A stretch of 52,634 nt of DNA, counting the filler, from Porpidia crustulata (Eukaryota): assembly GCA_964255105.1 (NCBI GenBank). It is 2 parts of 2 records of this genome, joined end to end, with 100 filler letters (N's around TTAATTAATTAA, not from the genome) between each part and the next. Parts side by side here need not be neighbours in the genome. Positions count along the whole stretch, not along the records: positions 1 to 26,389 come from CAXUWE010000037.1; positions 26,490 to 52,634 come from CAXUWE010000038.1. One strand, written 5' to 3'. The notes under the pieces were generated by a model, which saw only the letters and a program-made list of their open reading frames with translations, ran no database searches and was not told the DNA's origin. Within the stretch, counting starts at the first letter, position 1, and the number at the start of each line of letters is the position of its first letter. The translations under genes and the position numbers were made by a program. Positions 22,730-36,515 of the stretch are shown in pieces.

Positions 22730-24103
22730 GGCGCAATAGCGTGACATCAAATCAATAATCGTAACTGGGCTGCACGCGCAGGGGGGCAATACCCTAGAGT
22801 GCCTAGCCCCGTGACCCACGTAAGGTAGCACTCCCTTGAAACTAAGTTCAATTCCTAGAAAACCCAGTCTTCCGCTCACAAAAAGAGTGATGACCATGAT
22901 GAACATCACAGTCTCACCACAATATGAACATCTTGAAGAGGTGGCTGGACCAAGATCAAGAGACCCTTATCCTCGCGCGCAGTCATGGCCAAATAAGGCA
23001 GCAAGAGCTAGAAAGAGCGGCAACAGACTTCAACGCTCACGTACCAACCCCGTAAACAAATTCCTAGACATCGCGACAACATGGATACTTACCACAAGAT
23101 GTCTACAAGGATCTTTCCAGACTACCAGAATTACTTTTTCCTTCCCTGAAACTACCTTTTTACTTTCGGAAATGACCCCTCCTCCCCTATATTCTGTGGA
23201 TAGTTACCTCTCCCGATAGGACCAGGCTTAATGCCCAAGACTCACACGTAACTCTATCCCTTCCCCGTGAAAGCCAATTCAGAGAGCTCCAGGCACTAAA
23301 CACTTGTCAATTATCCTTTGCTGCTGCCTCAGCGTTCTATTCCTCAGCCGTCTAATAAGAAGCGCTAGAACACAAGAGGCGCTCTATATTCCTGAAGACG
23401 TCTATGGTCTGCCTGAGGAATAATTGGCTAAAGTAATTATTAATAAGAACGACCTGCTCAACCCATCAGCTTTTCAGCCACATGTCGCATTCTTCGTAGC
23501 ACAGCTCCCTGTGTCGACCTTCTTTGTATGTCTTGTAATGTTCCCATAAGTACACAGTCTCTCTTTTGAAAAATGCTCTAAAAAATACGACACATCGTAC
23601 CACACTGTCTGCATGTCAATGTTCAAGCCCGGGCTACTGCAGCGTGAGGCAATGCAAGTCTGTTGTATCCTGCATAATATCTATTATGTTCTCCATCGGT
23701 TGATTGCAGCCCATCTCTGCTCCCTTTGATCTCAAGGCAGACTTACAATAGGATACCTCTGCATTGCATGAGGTGAATACCCCCTATGTGACGAGCTGAT
23801 GATGTGCCCGGCTCGGTTGCGCGCAAGCATCTCGTACCTGGAAGTGGATAATTGCCGTATCATGACGTTTCGCGGTCGTGACTACTACTTTGGATGTATG
23901 GCTACTAAAGTTTGGTGCTATAAAACACTATATTGGGTAATGTGTCTATCAGAAATTTGCAGACTCGTCGCGCTGTAATTCTTAACACTCACTTAAACCC
24001 TTAAAATTTAAATCTACTTTCCTCAATCGCCTCATCCTCATTCAACAACCATTTCCTATGAACGTCCATTCTTAATTTTCCTAACATTAACTCTAGTGCA
24101 GTC

Positions 24104-26203
24104 ATGGCAAGATATCTGCTACTCCTCCATCTTTTGGTGATGGTCTTCTCTACTGCAGAGGCTAGCGTAGCAATTACAGGCCCTCGAGGAGGCGTCAATA
24201 CTTTCACTGGCGAAAGACCCACAAGACAAGAAATCTCGATCTTCCAAAATTCCGGTCCGGCATTTGATCTTTACATTCTCTCACTTAAGCAATTTGTCCA
24301 ACAAGACCAATCAAATCTCCTATCCTACTATCTAGTTGCTGGTATTCAAATGCTTCCCTATAATTTCCTTTTTCATGCTTACGATGGGATAAGGCATCCA
24401 CGGCCATCCATTCCAATCATGGGATGGGGCTGAGGGACAGTACCAACTAGGTTACTGCACGCACAGTTCTGTCCTATTTCCTTCGTGGCACCGACCTTAT
24501 ATGGCTTTGTATGAAGTATGTCTTGCTGATAGAACTATTATCGAAGACCCGTGCTCATGGAATATAGCAAATACTATGGGAAAATGCTCAAGAAATTGCT
24601 ATGGGATATCCTGCAGACATAAGAGCGCAATATCAGGCAAAAGCCCAGACATTCCGAATTCCATATTGGGACTGGGCCAGCAATGCAGCGATGCCTGATG
24701 TGGTCAGCCAGCCCACAATCAATATCAATACGCCCCAAGGCCAGATGGATATTACAAATCCATTATACAATTACACATTTCACCCAAAGCCATCGGCCGC
24801 TGAATTTCCTCCCAACGACTTTGTAAGCCGCATCTCTGAACCTGCTACGTCCTGATAATAGACTCCTTGTGACTTCCACTCCCAGTGTATTGACTGTACG
24901 TACTGACTTGATACAGCTAGCGTCGTTTCACAGTACTGTGCGATATCCCAATTCTGCTGGACGGAGCCAGCCTGATCTATCAAATAAGCAATTGGTCGCT
25001 AACGCGCAGGCGTAGGTGTCCGAAAGGTGGGTTATGGAGATTGTGCTAATCGAAGACAGCCTGCACACCATGACCTACCAGCTCATTGCAGATCAATCAA
25101 GCTATGCACCATTCTCAAATACTGGATATACTGACGGTCGTGGTCAGCACTACAATAGCCTTGAGAATATGCACAACACCATTCATGGTCTAGTTGGTAA
25201 TGGAGGTCATATGAGTAGTATCTCGTATTCGAGCTTCGATCCAATCTTCTGGCTTCACCATGCGTAAGTGCTCGCATTTCGTATCCAAATCCAAATCCAT
25301 AACTTTACGTAAAGACAAGTCGATCGACTCTTTGCCATTTGGCAAGCAATATACTCTGAATCGTACACAACTCCTCAAGTCAATACCTTCGGCACTTATA
25401 CCGAGGCACCTGGCTATACAGAGGATATCAATACGGGTGTGTACCTGATCATCCTCTCTCACGAAGGTCGACTGATCTGTGTAGCCCTTACACCATTCCA
25501 CTCCGACAATGATAGCACCTTCTACAACTCTGATACTGCGCGCTTCACCCGTTCCTTTGGCTACACCTATCCCGAAATCATTGACTGGGACGTCAATTCC
25601 ACCCAGCTCGCATCAAACGTTCGTACCAACCTCAACAAGCTCTATAACCCCACAGGCAGCATCCCTTCGCGTTCTTTACACACAAAGCGTAATAGCACTT
25701 CCCTCGATCCTCCTGGTAAGATGCACCACCAATACTTTGTCAACATTCGCGTCGACCGCGGCTCTTCCCTCTTCATCCACTTCTTCCTCGGTGCCGTTCC
25801 GTCCTCCGCAAGATCCTGGTCGTTTGCCTCTACCCTTATTGGCTCCCACTCTGTCCTTCCACCCTCACACTCCTCCGCACTCGGGAACACCTCTCCGACA
25901 AGCTACGGTCAAATTCCGCTTACCCATGCTCTTATCCCTTTCGTCTCTTCGGGTATTCTACCCAGCCTAGAACCGGAATATGTGATTCCTCTATTGACAA
26001 AACTGCTGAGCTGGCGCGTGCAGGGTTTTAATGATCGGCCGATTGAGACTGGCGAGGTAAAAGGGCTCAGGGTACATGTGGTGGGGCAAGAAGTGAGGAA
26101 GGCGGAGAAGAATGATGAGTTCCCGGGATTCGGGGAGTTTAAGGTTTTTGGAGATGTTACTCGGGGTAGAGTTGGAGGATTAGCGAAAGGGGAGGTGGTG
26201 TGA
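24104..26203 (+). CDS. Secreted tyrosinase (type-3 copper polyphenol oxidase) with C-terminal shielding domain; 7 exons
   Basis: Signal peptide [20 protein letters not shown]; CuA GIHG...[24 protein letters not shown]; Cu[15 protein letters not shown]...[26 protein letters not shown] and FGYTYPE; C-terminal GQIPLTHAL...LSWRV. Confidence 0.95.
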
Positions 26204-26389
26204 TGCGTGCCAAAAGTTGGGTGGTGGTAAATGAGCTACATTTGCTGAGTTTAATGAATAACTGTGGGCTAGATATGTAGGTCTAGAGAAAAGTAAGGAA
26301 GTGATAATGTAAGATGAAAGATGCAAGTTACTAATTGCTCGAGTCATACCTCGAAATTCGAGCAAGCACATTGGGGTTTGGGGTGAGGG

Positions 26390-26489
26390 NNNNNNNNNNN
26401 NNNNNNNNNNNNNNNNNNNNNNNNNNNNNNNNNTTAATTAATTAANNNNNNNNNNNNNNNNNNNNNNNNNNNNNNNNNNNNNNNNNNNN
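26390..26489. other. Artificial assembly spacer: 44 N + TTAATTAATTAA (stops in all six frames) + 44 N
   Basis: Exactly 100 nt and symmetric, with the six-frame stop linker used when joining contigs. Confidence 0.97.
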
Positions 26490-27892
26490 GCCAGAGGGTG
26501 CGAGAGCAGCATAATTGCCTTTGCCGGACCGGCGGGTGCGGAAAATGTCTATGATGTTGCCTCTTCTGATCCTCTCCTTGATCTCTCTGTAGTAATGCAG
26601 GTTGTAGTTGATCAAAGGTCGAAGGGTCAGCCATCCTAGGCTAATGACCGAGTCTGCGAGCATAATGGCTAAGCTGACCCAGACAATCCAGCCCTTACTG
26701 CCAGAGGCCCAGTTATCTACTGGTCCCGGCGCCCATCCTCTGCTCTTTGCGAGCGGTGACAGAATACTCCAGCCTACGATGGCTCCGAGGAGCATGTGCA
26801 TGGTCGTTGCCGGGCCCATGATGATACCCTGGCCGACGTAGGCTGGTGATGGGTTGAGCGTCCACAGCCAGTCAGTAGCTAGAGGAAAGCCAAAAATGGG
26901 AAGATTTCGAAGTTGAGGGATAAAGTACGAGACAAGGGTCTACGCATATCAGTGCGACGACCGCGCCATGCAGACACCGTACATACGTATACTGCAGATA
27001 CACCGAAAGCAAACACCAGTAGCCGTATCTTAGCTTTCCAATCACTCCTGTGATCTATTCCCAGGCCTTGCTTATTCGATTCTCCTGTCTCGGGGAATGC
27101 CAATGGCGTAGCTTGATTCCCAACGCCAGGAGGTATTCCTTCAATACTTGAAGATCTCAGCCTATCCTGGCTTCTCCGTCTGAATGTCTCCAGTCCGCTG
27201 GCTTGGACCACGTTCCCCTTTTCATCCGTATTCCCATGCAACACACCGATCATTAGGGCCGTAGCCGTCCCGCTCGGGAACTTGAGCTTCTCTCGTATAA
27301 TGACCTCTTTACGCAATGGCACCGCAAAGACCACTCCGAAGAAGCATATCCCCACCGACCAAATTATCAGCTTGCCTATTCCCAGTTTGATTGGACCGTT
27401 TTCTTCCGGCGACAGCAAATAGTTCAACGCCGGTATCACGCCCACGAATCCGCAGCCCAAAGGCATCGTTCCAACAGCCCCCGCGACCGTTTGCACCAAG
27501 ACGTTTTCCACGGGCGTGAACGGATAGTCGATGTATCTTGATATCGACTTGAAGAAAGCGAACCCAATAAGAGCCGAAGGCATGGCCATTCCGCTGATCC
27601 ATCCGGTCTGCAAGCCGAAGTACATGTTTGAAAAGCAGATGACAACACCAATCGCCAGACCAACCAGGACACCACGGACTGTAAAGTTCTGACGCTGGTC
27701 GGCCTGCTCAGCAAGAAACTTGCGCGCATCGCTGTGACGACGAGCTCCTTGTGCATTAGGAGTATGCTCGTCGTCGTCGGATAAGGCTGGTTCGGCGAGC
27801 CGACGCTCGTCGCCTGGATCCTCGTCATTAATGGCTTGATATCTGAGGGACTGCCCGGCGTGAGGCATTGGAGAACCTCTATCAGGAGCCAT
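26490..27892 (-). CDS. OPT-superfamily oligopeptide transporter (YSL/YGL114W-like), 3' part lost in the gap
   Basis: FTVRGVLVGLAIG...NMYFGLQTGWIS, PFTPVENVLVQT, PLRKEVIIREKLKFPSGTATA, NPSPAYVGQGIIMG, GAIVGWSILSPLAK and GWIVWVSLAIM; one intron at ~26986-26940. Confidence 0.93.
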
Positions 27893-28265
27893 GACGCCGT
27901 GCTCCTCCAGCAATTAAGTGGAGGATGATCAATTTGAACGGCTTCAATCTATGGTCGAAGGTAAGGTGTTAAGCTTCGGTGTTAGGCTGATTGCGCCATC
28001 TGACCCCTGTAGGCTCCTCTACGTCATAGGATGCACGTCACAAGAGACGACTTGAAGCCCTACAGTACGTTTATAATTCTCTATCATCTGAGTAGCAGAA
28101 CGAAAAAGATTCATCAATGCTTTTCTCGAAAATTAGTCCTTTAAATATAATCAATACCTCCAAGGAGTCTCTAGTAATACAAATCAGATAAAACAGAAAT
28201 AGACTTCCAAGCCAGCAATCGGTAGCCAGATGAATTAGTCCTACAAGAGAAGCCTTTCCCATAGC

Positions 28266-31200
28266 CTAGAACCCAAAATTATCTAACAAGCTATTCACAT
28301 CGGGCTCCTCAAATACCTTTAATGGCGGAGGATGTCCCAATCTCTTGGTCTTGGCGTCGGTAGGTGACCGTGGGATAGACATGTCATCCACAACCAAGCT
28401 GCTCCTGCGCCGGAGCATTTTCCGCGGATCAGGAGGTGAATCCGGGGTTAAAGGAGGTTCCTTGGGCTGCAGGAGGAACTCCCAGTTGCGGACCAAGTCC
28501 AAAGCAAGCAGGTCACAGCCCATGCGGTCGTAGAGCCTTGCGTTTTGAATCACAAATTCCCATTCTGCGCGCGGTGATATCTTGGAGGCACCTTTCAAGG
28601 TTTGCAGAGTTTTGTCTCTTAGTTGTTTGTAGAGTACAACCAGTGCCGGATCGCTCGATAGATAGGATCTTGCTTGCAGATTTGGTGTCCCTGGTGAGTT
28701 GAGTAAAGTGTAGACTGGAGAGATTAAAACCCGGACAGCCATGTCTCGTCGTCCAAGCATCCAGAACGCCCATGTTGCAAGCCATCGATTGCCTTCAAGG
28801 GCTGCTTGAGGTAACACCTTGTCTTCGAGCAGTGTTCGAAGCACAACACTATCGTCGCCATCATGAACACGAGCAACGGCAATCGCAAGTTGCAGATCCT
28901 GCATTTGGTGAGCGCAAATGTTCACGGCGTCTTGCAAATTTCCAGCCAAGAGAAAGAAAGCTGCCGCGTATTCGAACCTTCGTTTTCCAAGGAGAGCATA
29001 GGCGTTTTTTAAAGCTGCAGTCTTCCAACGTGATTCCTTGAAGTTGTTCGATAGGAGCTTTTGCGTCGAAGACTGCTCTCTATTCCAGGATGCCATTCTC
29101 CAGAGTCCAATCAGAACATTCTTCTTTTTGAGAGCCAGGTAGTGAAGGCTACAATCAATAGGGTTTTTTTCGAATGTCTTCGTGTATTCGTTACGCGCTA
29201 TCACCTCGAATTGCGCTCTCAGCGCAGTGAGGTCAGTCATCCACATGAACATGCCGCTTTCTCTGGCATCCTCCCACAACATCCTACCCTTATATTGCTT
29301 AGAGACGAGGTCTACAAGAATATCCTGGCTACCGCTATGATATGCCCACCCAATTTCTCTCCAGGTAACGCCAACATGACCGGTAGGATTTTGTTCTTTC
29401 CTAAGCATGAGCTGTCGGAAAAACAGTAGATAGCGCATTGCGTTGGCATCCATAGACCTTCGGTACCTTTCAGCTGCCGCTACACATTCGACTATGTCAC
29501 CTAAACGAACTTGATCTTGTTGAGACAGGTATGGGACTACCACTCTCGTTAGGTTCTCGTTAAGGCTCGCTGCCAAATCTTCGGATACAAAATCCGCCAC
29601 GCCATCTTCTGCAAAGTCAGCGTACGAAAACCGCATTTCCTCCTTGGCTGTAGAGGAGTCCTGTAATTGTTAGACTATTTTCCGGAATTAGGATTGGAAG
29701 TACACACCTCCTGCTCGATATAAAACTCTTCTACAGCCAACGAGAGGAAACTATCAAGCTCATCTCCGGTAGTGAAAAACTTCAGGGCTTTGTGCAAGCT
29801 AACGATAACCTTTTGCACCAAAGTAACCTTGCCCGCCAGAATACACTGAGCAAGGAACTGGGGATGGATGACTGGTAATGGACCATTCAAGTAGCTTACA
29901 AGGTTGAAGATGTCCCACGAAGGGTGAAGTTGTGCTGGTAATATGAGTTCTCGAACCACCTCATCTGACATGGTTACATCCTTGTCATAGGTAAAGAGTT
30001 GATTTCCAGCTCCAATGACCAGATTACCACTTCCCAACCAAGTACTATCTCCAATCGGATAGGGCGTTGTTTCTCTTATGTAGACCTCTCTAACGGCAGC
30101 CCATGCAGGCCCTGCGTTCAGATAGTCGTAACGCATTTGCGAAAGTAGTACGACTTTATGTGGGAAGCCAACGGCAAGAATTGATTGCTCGTCTGGCGTG
30201 GACGACCAATCCAAATCCTGAACCACGTCCAGGCTTCCATATCGAACGTCGTACTCAAGTTCTCCACTTCTGGTATCCCATATGGTCAGCCCTATCTTGG
30301 AGGCATCTACCACAGCAGTCTTCTTGATCGAGCTTCCGCTTGCCAGAAACGGGTTGCTGATGCCAGTCTCAAGTCTTGTAGTGACTAGCCATTTTACTGA
30401 ATCGAGCTTCAAGTCCACGGTCGCAGCCCACGCACATAAGACACCGCTTTTGGTATACGATATCGCTATGTCCTTTGCAAATGTATCAAGAAAGCTTGAT
30501 GTAAAGACGGCGGAGCCCGCCGGATCTACAGGTATCACAAATGCAAGATCATCTTCGACCCCTAAATCAAAGAAGCAAAATTCTTCGATATGCAGATAGG
30601 GCGAGAGCTCTAGACTGTTCACTTTGTCTGTCCTTGGGGGTAAGCAAACTTCCCAGACAAGTCCTTTCATGCGTGAAGTGATCGTAGCCAAATGTATCCT
30701 CTGAGATGCGGAATTTGGCTCCGGAAGCTGAACAAGACATAATGGCTTTCCTTCCAAGTCAAAGTCACATGTCGCGACTTGTTGAGCGATAGACGATCTG
30801 GCATCCCACAGCGATATGCTGTGATGGTGCAAAAGAATTGCGAAATCGCCTTCGCCAAGTAGCCACGTTCTGTGAATATGCTTGTCACAACTGATCAAGC
30901 TCGAACGCAGCAGAGCCATTCCACTTCTATCATGCTTTTGCTTCCAGACCAGTCCCTCGTTATCACTAGTGCGGGAAATCAGCGCCCTGCCACTGACGCT
31001 GCGTACAATCTTCTTTATAGGACCATCGTGCCCTGTCCACATCGCTTTCATAGTAAGGCGATCTGGCCGAGGAGCAGGGTCGAGTAGCTCATCAATTCGT
31101 CCTTCAAGCCATTCGATCCTTCCATCAAAGTGATGCGCTAGTAAAGTGAACCCCGAACCTCGCTCACCGCCATAAAAGTTAATAAATCGTACAGCGGTCT

Positions 31201-32373
31201 CTGCTTCGGTGGCATTGCGCGAAAATGAGATTCTCAAGTCCTCGATGTGCGTGATATTGAAAACGTTTTTGACTTTTCTTGCTTTGCAACCAATGCTTTC
31301 TATACCCCACGCAGACATATGACCATTTCTGTCTAACACTACGCATACCTCTGAACTCTTCCTCCCGACTTCCAGCAAATGTTCTAAGGCGTGATGATCT
31401 CTTTCCGTTCTGCCGGCCCCATCCTCAACAGCTCGTTGAGTCGCAGAAGCAAAGTCCCGAGCATCAATAACGAACGCGTACCGGTCGTTTGACTGCTCAA
31501 TCGTGTCTATCTGCCTTGGTTGTATAGAATCTTGCATATCAATTTCCGCCCATAATTGGAGTACCTGTAGGCCGTGGGGATCCGTAGCAGCCCATATTCT
31601 TATTTTGCTATCGGCACATATTGAAAATAAAACCTTTCCAGATATTTGCTCATCCTCGTGAGAGCTTCGCCAATGTATTCCGGTTACAGCTGTTGGGTGA
31701 GGGAGATAGGTGAAATCAAATCGAGTATCGTCAGAACCAAAAGACTGCCTCCTCCAAAGTTTGATCAGTCGATCATAGGCGCCCGCCGAGGCGATCAGGC
31801 TGGCGTCGCTTGAGAAAATTGCGAATTGGACCGGCTTGGAGAGCTGGCGGCTCCATATTAAGGCCTCATCAGTCGCAGTCTGGAATAGTCTCAGCGAAGA
31901 GCTCCCTATCAACAGCTCTTCCTCTGATCCCCATGATAGTGTAGATACTCCGGTTTCGTCGTCTGGGATTGGTAATGTGCACTGGAGAGACCACTGAAGG
32001 TACTGTCAGGTCATCGGCTTCTGTACATGTCTGAGCTACAACTACCTTCAGAGCACCTTCTACCCTTCCATACGGCCTGTATATCAACAAGTCTGCATTG
32101 GTACATGTCGCTATTTTTCCAGAGCTTTTGTCAATGGCCACCGCATCAAGTACACCGTGACCCTCATGGTATATTGTCTGTATGAGATCGTGCGGGCCAC
32201 CTAGGATCACCAGAGCATTACCAGATACGTATACCTACAGAGGAGTAAGCTCGATGATCATGCAGAGTATTGGACGTGTCATGTTCTATTACCACCAGTC
32301 GCTGATTCTCCCATTGCGCGGTGCAGACAGCTTGCAGCTTAGCCTGTGGCCTACCGGGGAAGACCAATCGCAT
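28266..32373 (-). CDS. RAV1: RAVE complex subunit Rav1 (Rabconnectin-3A/DMXL-like WD40 protein; V-ATPase assembly); multi-exon
   Basis: Start MRLVFPGRPQAKLQAVCT; WD repeats (WTGHDGPIKKIVRS); Rav1p_C motifs LNGPLPVIHPQFLAQCIL, PIDCSLHYLALKKK and WKTAALKNAYALLGKRRFEYAAAFFLL. Confidence 0.95.
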
Positions 32374-32826
32374 GGAAGCGATTGAGTCAGAGCTGCGATT
32401 TTATCATCGAAGATCCTCATGATATTTTGTTGTCCTGTTGGAAGGATACAATGATCGATCTCAACACCTCACTGCAAAGAAAAAGCATAACCCGGCCATA
32501 ACATTCGCGCATGCCAAGCGCTTGCTCGTCATTCCGTGTACGACAAAACTAAGTCATGACTCGGCAATCAAAGAGAGACCTACGAGCTTTCTGATTACAT
32601 TGCAGCAAAAGTACATCTTATGAAGGCGAAGAGTGTACAAATCATCTCATTTCTCAATCCATCTGTATGGTTCTAAGCGGAAAAATGGTTGACTCTTCAC
32701 TATTCTTGTAACGTCATGATGGGTATCTATAAACCATGCACCTAGACTCCCCTTATGATATCCAATGCCTTGAAACCCCAGACTCAAATCGCTTGTATCA
32801 CCACAAGAGTACCATACGACTGTCCT

Positions 32827-35800
32827 TTAAAGTAGCCCTCCAAGCGTTTTGGGTGGCTCGTCCTCCATAATTGCCCCAAAGATACTACTTCCCAAAGCAG
32901 CCCCTGTTGTACTTCTCCCAAACGCCACTCGTTTTCTCGTGCTGGTTTCTGTCTTCGGCTGGGCAATCTCCGGTGGTCCTAGTCGACGTCCGAATGGCGT
33001 TCCGATCGGTGTAGTCGAAGCCCTCGCGAGGGCCCTGGCTCTAGCTGCCCTTTTCGATGGTGTGCTGAGGTAACCAGGCAAAGGCGCGGTACTGCCTTGT
33101 ACCTCCAACGCAGGGATCCATTCGCCCAAATCAAGCGCCGTCCATTCCTCCGCACGAGTTGTGGCCCCCTCATCTCCTGCGTCGGCCTCAGCTTGCAATA
33201 CAAGACGCTTTGCTTTTGATGAAGTGGCGGTCCGGTCTGGAGTTGGCTGGAAAGTGCGTCTTGCAGCAGTCTTCTCATGCCATTGCCGTATGTGGCGACG
33301 TATATGGCGCTTATCGTAGGTTCGCTTGAAAGATTCCGCTTTTGAAGCAATGGCTTTGAATTCTATCATGCGGAGACGGCATTTATGGAGGCAGCTGGAA
33401 GCGATGGAAGAGAGGTGTGGTTCGAAGAATAAGCGGGCAAGTTCTTCGGAGTCTACTTGAGCTTGAAGTGATTGGCGCCAGAGGTGAAGGTGGCGTGAGG
33501 TCAGGCCCAGCGCATAATTATCTTCAGCTTGATAGGTCCAGTCGGAGTAATGGATAACACGAGTGCGCCACTCGTCGAACAGACTGGTCCCATACTGGAA
33601 TAGGCGATCTCGATTTATCTGTTGCGCTGTTTCTTGCATTGCCAGCGATCGGGCCGTGCGGCCTCGCCAGCAGGCCAGATATTTTGTGGCAAGGTGCATC
33701 TTGGACTTTCGTCGGATCTGGATATAAGCATCCCGACGTTTCAGACGTTTTGACTCGGTTGCAGCAAATTGCCAGCGCTTTAGCGTTCTCGAAGTAATAA
33801 AGTAGAAGTCAGCATCTTTTGACCAACCATTCAGCCTTTGTAAATGACCAATTTTGAAGATCCACTTCTTCAAGCTCTCTTGTGCAGCGCGAGGGGCGCT
33901 GAAGTGAAACGCAATCTCATTATCCTGACTAGACAATGCTAGCCGCTGGCGCCAGCGGACCATTGTCAACTGCAGGCATCTCCTATCTGTCCCGTGATCA
34001 AATGCCCGAAGAACATTATTGCGCTGCGCTTGTATGTTGTACGAGCAATTCACCAACTTCGCCAGATTTCTGAGCTTGAGCCGCTCTTCGTACAACCTTT
34101 GTAATAGGGCGTATCGTTCCGCGAGGACCCATCTGTAAAGAGCCTCAACCACGACACGGCTGTCGATTTGCTGAGACAACGTCTGCCAGCGCAGGCGGTC
34201 GTTCCATTGGGTCCAGGCGTTCCTCATCAATCTTAGTCGATTAATCTCTTCCGCTTGCCGTTCAACCCTGTAGCGAGAAACAAAGATGGCAAATGTCGAA
34301 CCTGCCACCCTCCAATCTACCATGTTCGATACTTGCCGGGCCAAGGGCGCACGGTAGGTTTTTAATCTCCATTTCCATAATAGGTGCGCCTTCGTCTTTT
34401 GATGATTCGACTCAGTCGCCTCGAGTGACTGAGAGAGAAAGACACGAGCCTTCGCACACCATTCCTCGAGAATCCGCCTGGTGACCTTCTCATTGAAATT
34501 TGTCCTGACCTGATAGTTCCTTTGCGAAATGTCCCTTGATACACATACCCACTTCGAGAAGTACCTGTTCCTCAGTCTAGCTGCCCTCCACTGCGGGGCA
34601 CGTTTTCCACAGAAAGTCCAAAACCAGCACCAATATCCAAGCCTGTGAAGATTGCCTTGGTATACTAAAGCTGCTGTTGTTTCATTCGTTACTACTCTGG
34701 TGTAACCCTGCTGCCAAATTGTGAAGAACTTCTTCAAACATAAACGTCGAGCTTTGAGCGCATTTACAGCCGTGATTTCAACCCAGGCATTGAAGAACTT
34801 CAGCCTCAGTAAATGCCTTCGAGCAGTAGATGTGTTGATTGCTACTTCGTAGGCACACTCCGCCCAATGCGTGAAAGCCTTGGATAGTAGATACAAATCT
34901 CGAGCCTTGCCTGCTCTTAGCTCCAGGCGACTGAAAAATCCTTCGGTTTCGATGGTATGTCTCTTCAAACGTAGTATTTGTTGCCAATGTTCTACAGACT
35001 CGCGCAGCAAACGATCCGCGTCATGAGACAAAGCCTGTTGCACAAGCAAGTTGCGGTGTTGGATAATTTGAACTGCGTCAACGAGCCATTTTCGAGCGAC
35101 AGAACGAATTCGGTAGTGTTCAAAGGTATCTGCGTCTCGGAGTAATTGAGTCCTCGACGGACGATTCAAAACCTCCAATTGAGCGACATTGCTTGACAGC
35201 TTGGTATCCTGGGTAGGACTAGATCCCTGTGCGTTATTGCCAGGATTGGCCTCTGTCAGCGATAGGTCGTCCGAGGCGGCTGTCTGGGGCTTCGCTGTCC
35301 GGCTGCCGGATATATGATTGGAAAATGCTTGTTCTTTGGCGGCATAGTCTATACTGCTTGAGGGAGAAGCACGTCTTTTTGGATAAGACTGAATCTTACC
35401 ACCAGCTTCTTGGGCCGTCAGCCTGCTTCCAAGTTGCTGAATGGCATTGGATTGTGCCTGTAGAGGCTGGAACGGGACCCGTTCGGTTGGTCGCGGCTTG
35501 ACTCGCCATGATGAACGGGGTTTATTCTGTAATCTTTTGGTATCCCAGAAACGCGAAGTAGATGCGCGCGACACCGGTCGTGACTGGCTAGCTCCGAGAC
35601 TCCCATCCTCAACATCATACATCGAATTAAACGATGCGCGTCTGGATGCTTTGCGGGAGCCATCCCACTGTCCAAATATTGCAGCATTCTCGATTTCAGC
35701 TTGGGTATCAGCATTAAGGTCTCTAGTGATGTCCTGGATTCCCTCTTCTTCCGAATCAAATTCGATCTGGATTCCCAGCTCCCCGAGAAGCAACTCGAAG

Positions 35801-36120
35801 CTTTCATACAAAACGAGCCCAGGATCCTTTTTATTGCCCAGTCTGAGCAAGAAGCGCAGGTACAATTGATCGCGATCTGGGTCCAATCCGTTTTGCGCAA
35901 GGATTGTGTCGTATGCCGCGAAGATGGCGCGAAACGGTTTCTTCTCAACTTCCGGATGTTGCTCGGCGCTGGTAATGATTTGGTGGAGGATTGCGACATC
36001 TATAAAGGTTTAGCTATTCCAGTCTAAGTCACTGTCAAAACTGATCCCACCTTCGTTGGAGAGTTCTGGGTAGTCTTCAACGCTATTGTTTTCGTTAGAG
36101 ATTGGGGACGCTCGAGGCAT
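32827..36120 (-). CDS. SFI1: Spindle pole body half-bridge protein Sfi1 (centrin-binding repeats); exons 36120-36051 and 35999-32827
   Basis: N-terminus PFRAIFAAYDTILAQNGLDPDRDQLYLRFLLRLG, many Trp-anchored Sfi1 repeats (LLSKAFTHW, KFFNAW, FFTIW, AWTQW) and C-terminal PGYLSTPSKRAARARAL. Confidence 0.9.
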
Positions 36121-36515
36121 CGACAGATCCGGCGCCTACCACGCGTCGTTTTTTGAGGCATGAATATGTGTCGCAATGGGCAAATAAAGCTATGAGATGC
36201 AAGTAAACAGCAATACAAAGCATGATACTATGTTTTTCCGGTGGTAAGATGCGACTGGCATGCTGGGGAAAAGGTTTGTTGTTGCCAGTCAAGCGAATAT
36301 ACAGCGCGCCCTCACCTATCCGCGTCCACTTCGAGCTTCCACAACACTTATCTAAATCAGGCCTAGTTGATCACGCATAATATTGACGTCGAATCATAAA
36401 CTCGAGAGAGCATCATCCAACATCAAGACTACATCCCCATGGAAAGGCGGAATTTATAGTAGTGGGAATGAAGACCGTTCTCGAGGAGCCAGCCAGGAAA
36501 AATAAGCGCTCCAGC

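Noticed and set aside
26434..26445. TTAATTAATTAA palindrome
   Set aside because: Artificial six-frame stop linker inside the N spacer, not biological sequence.
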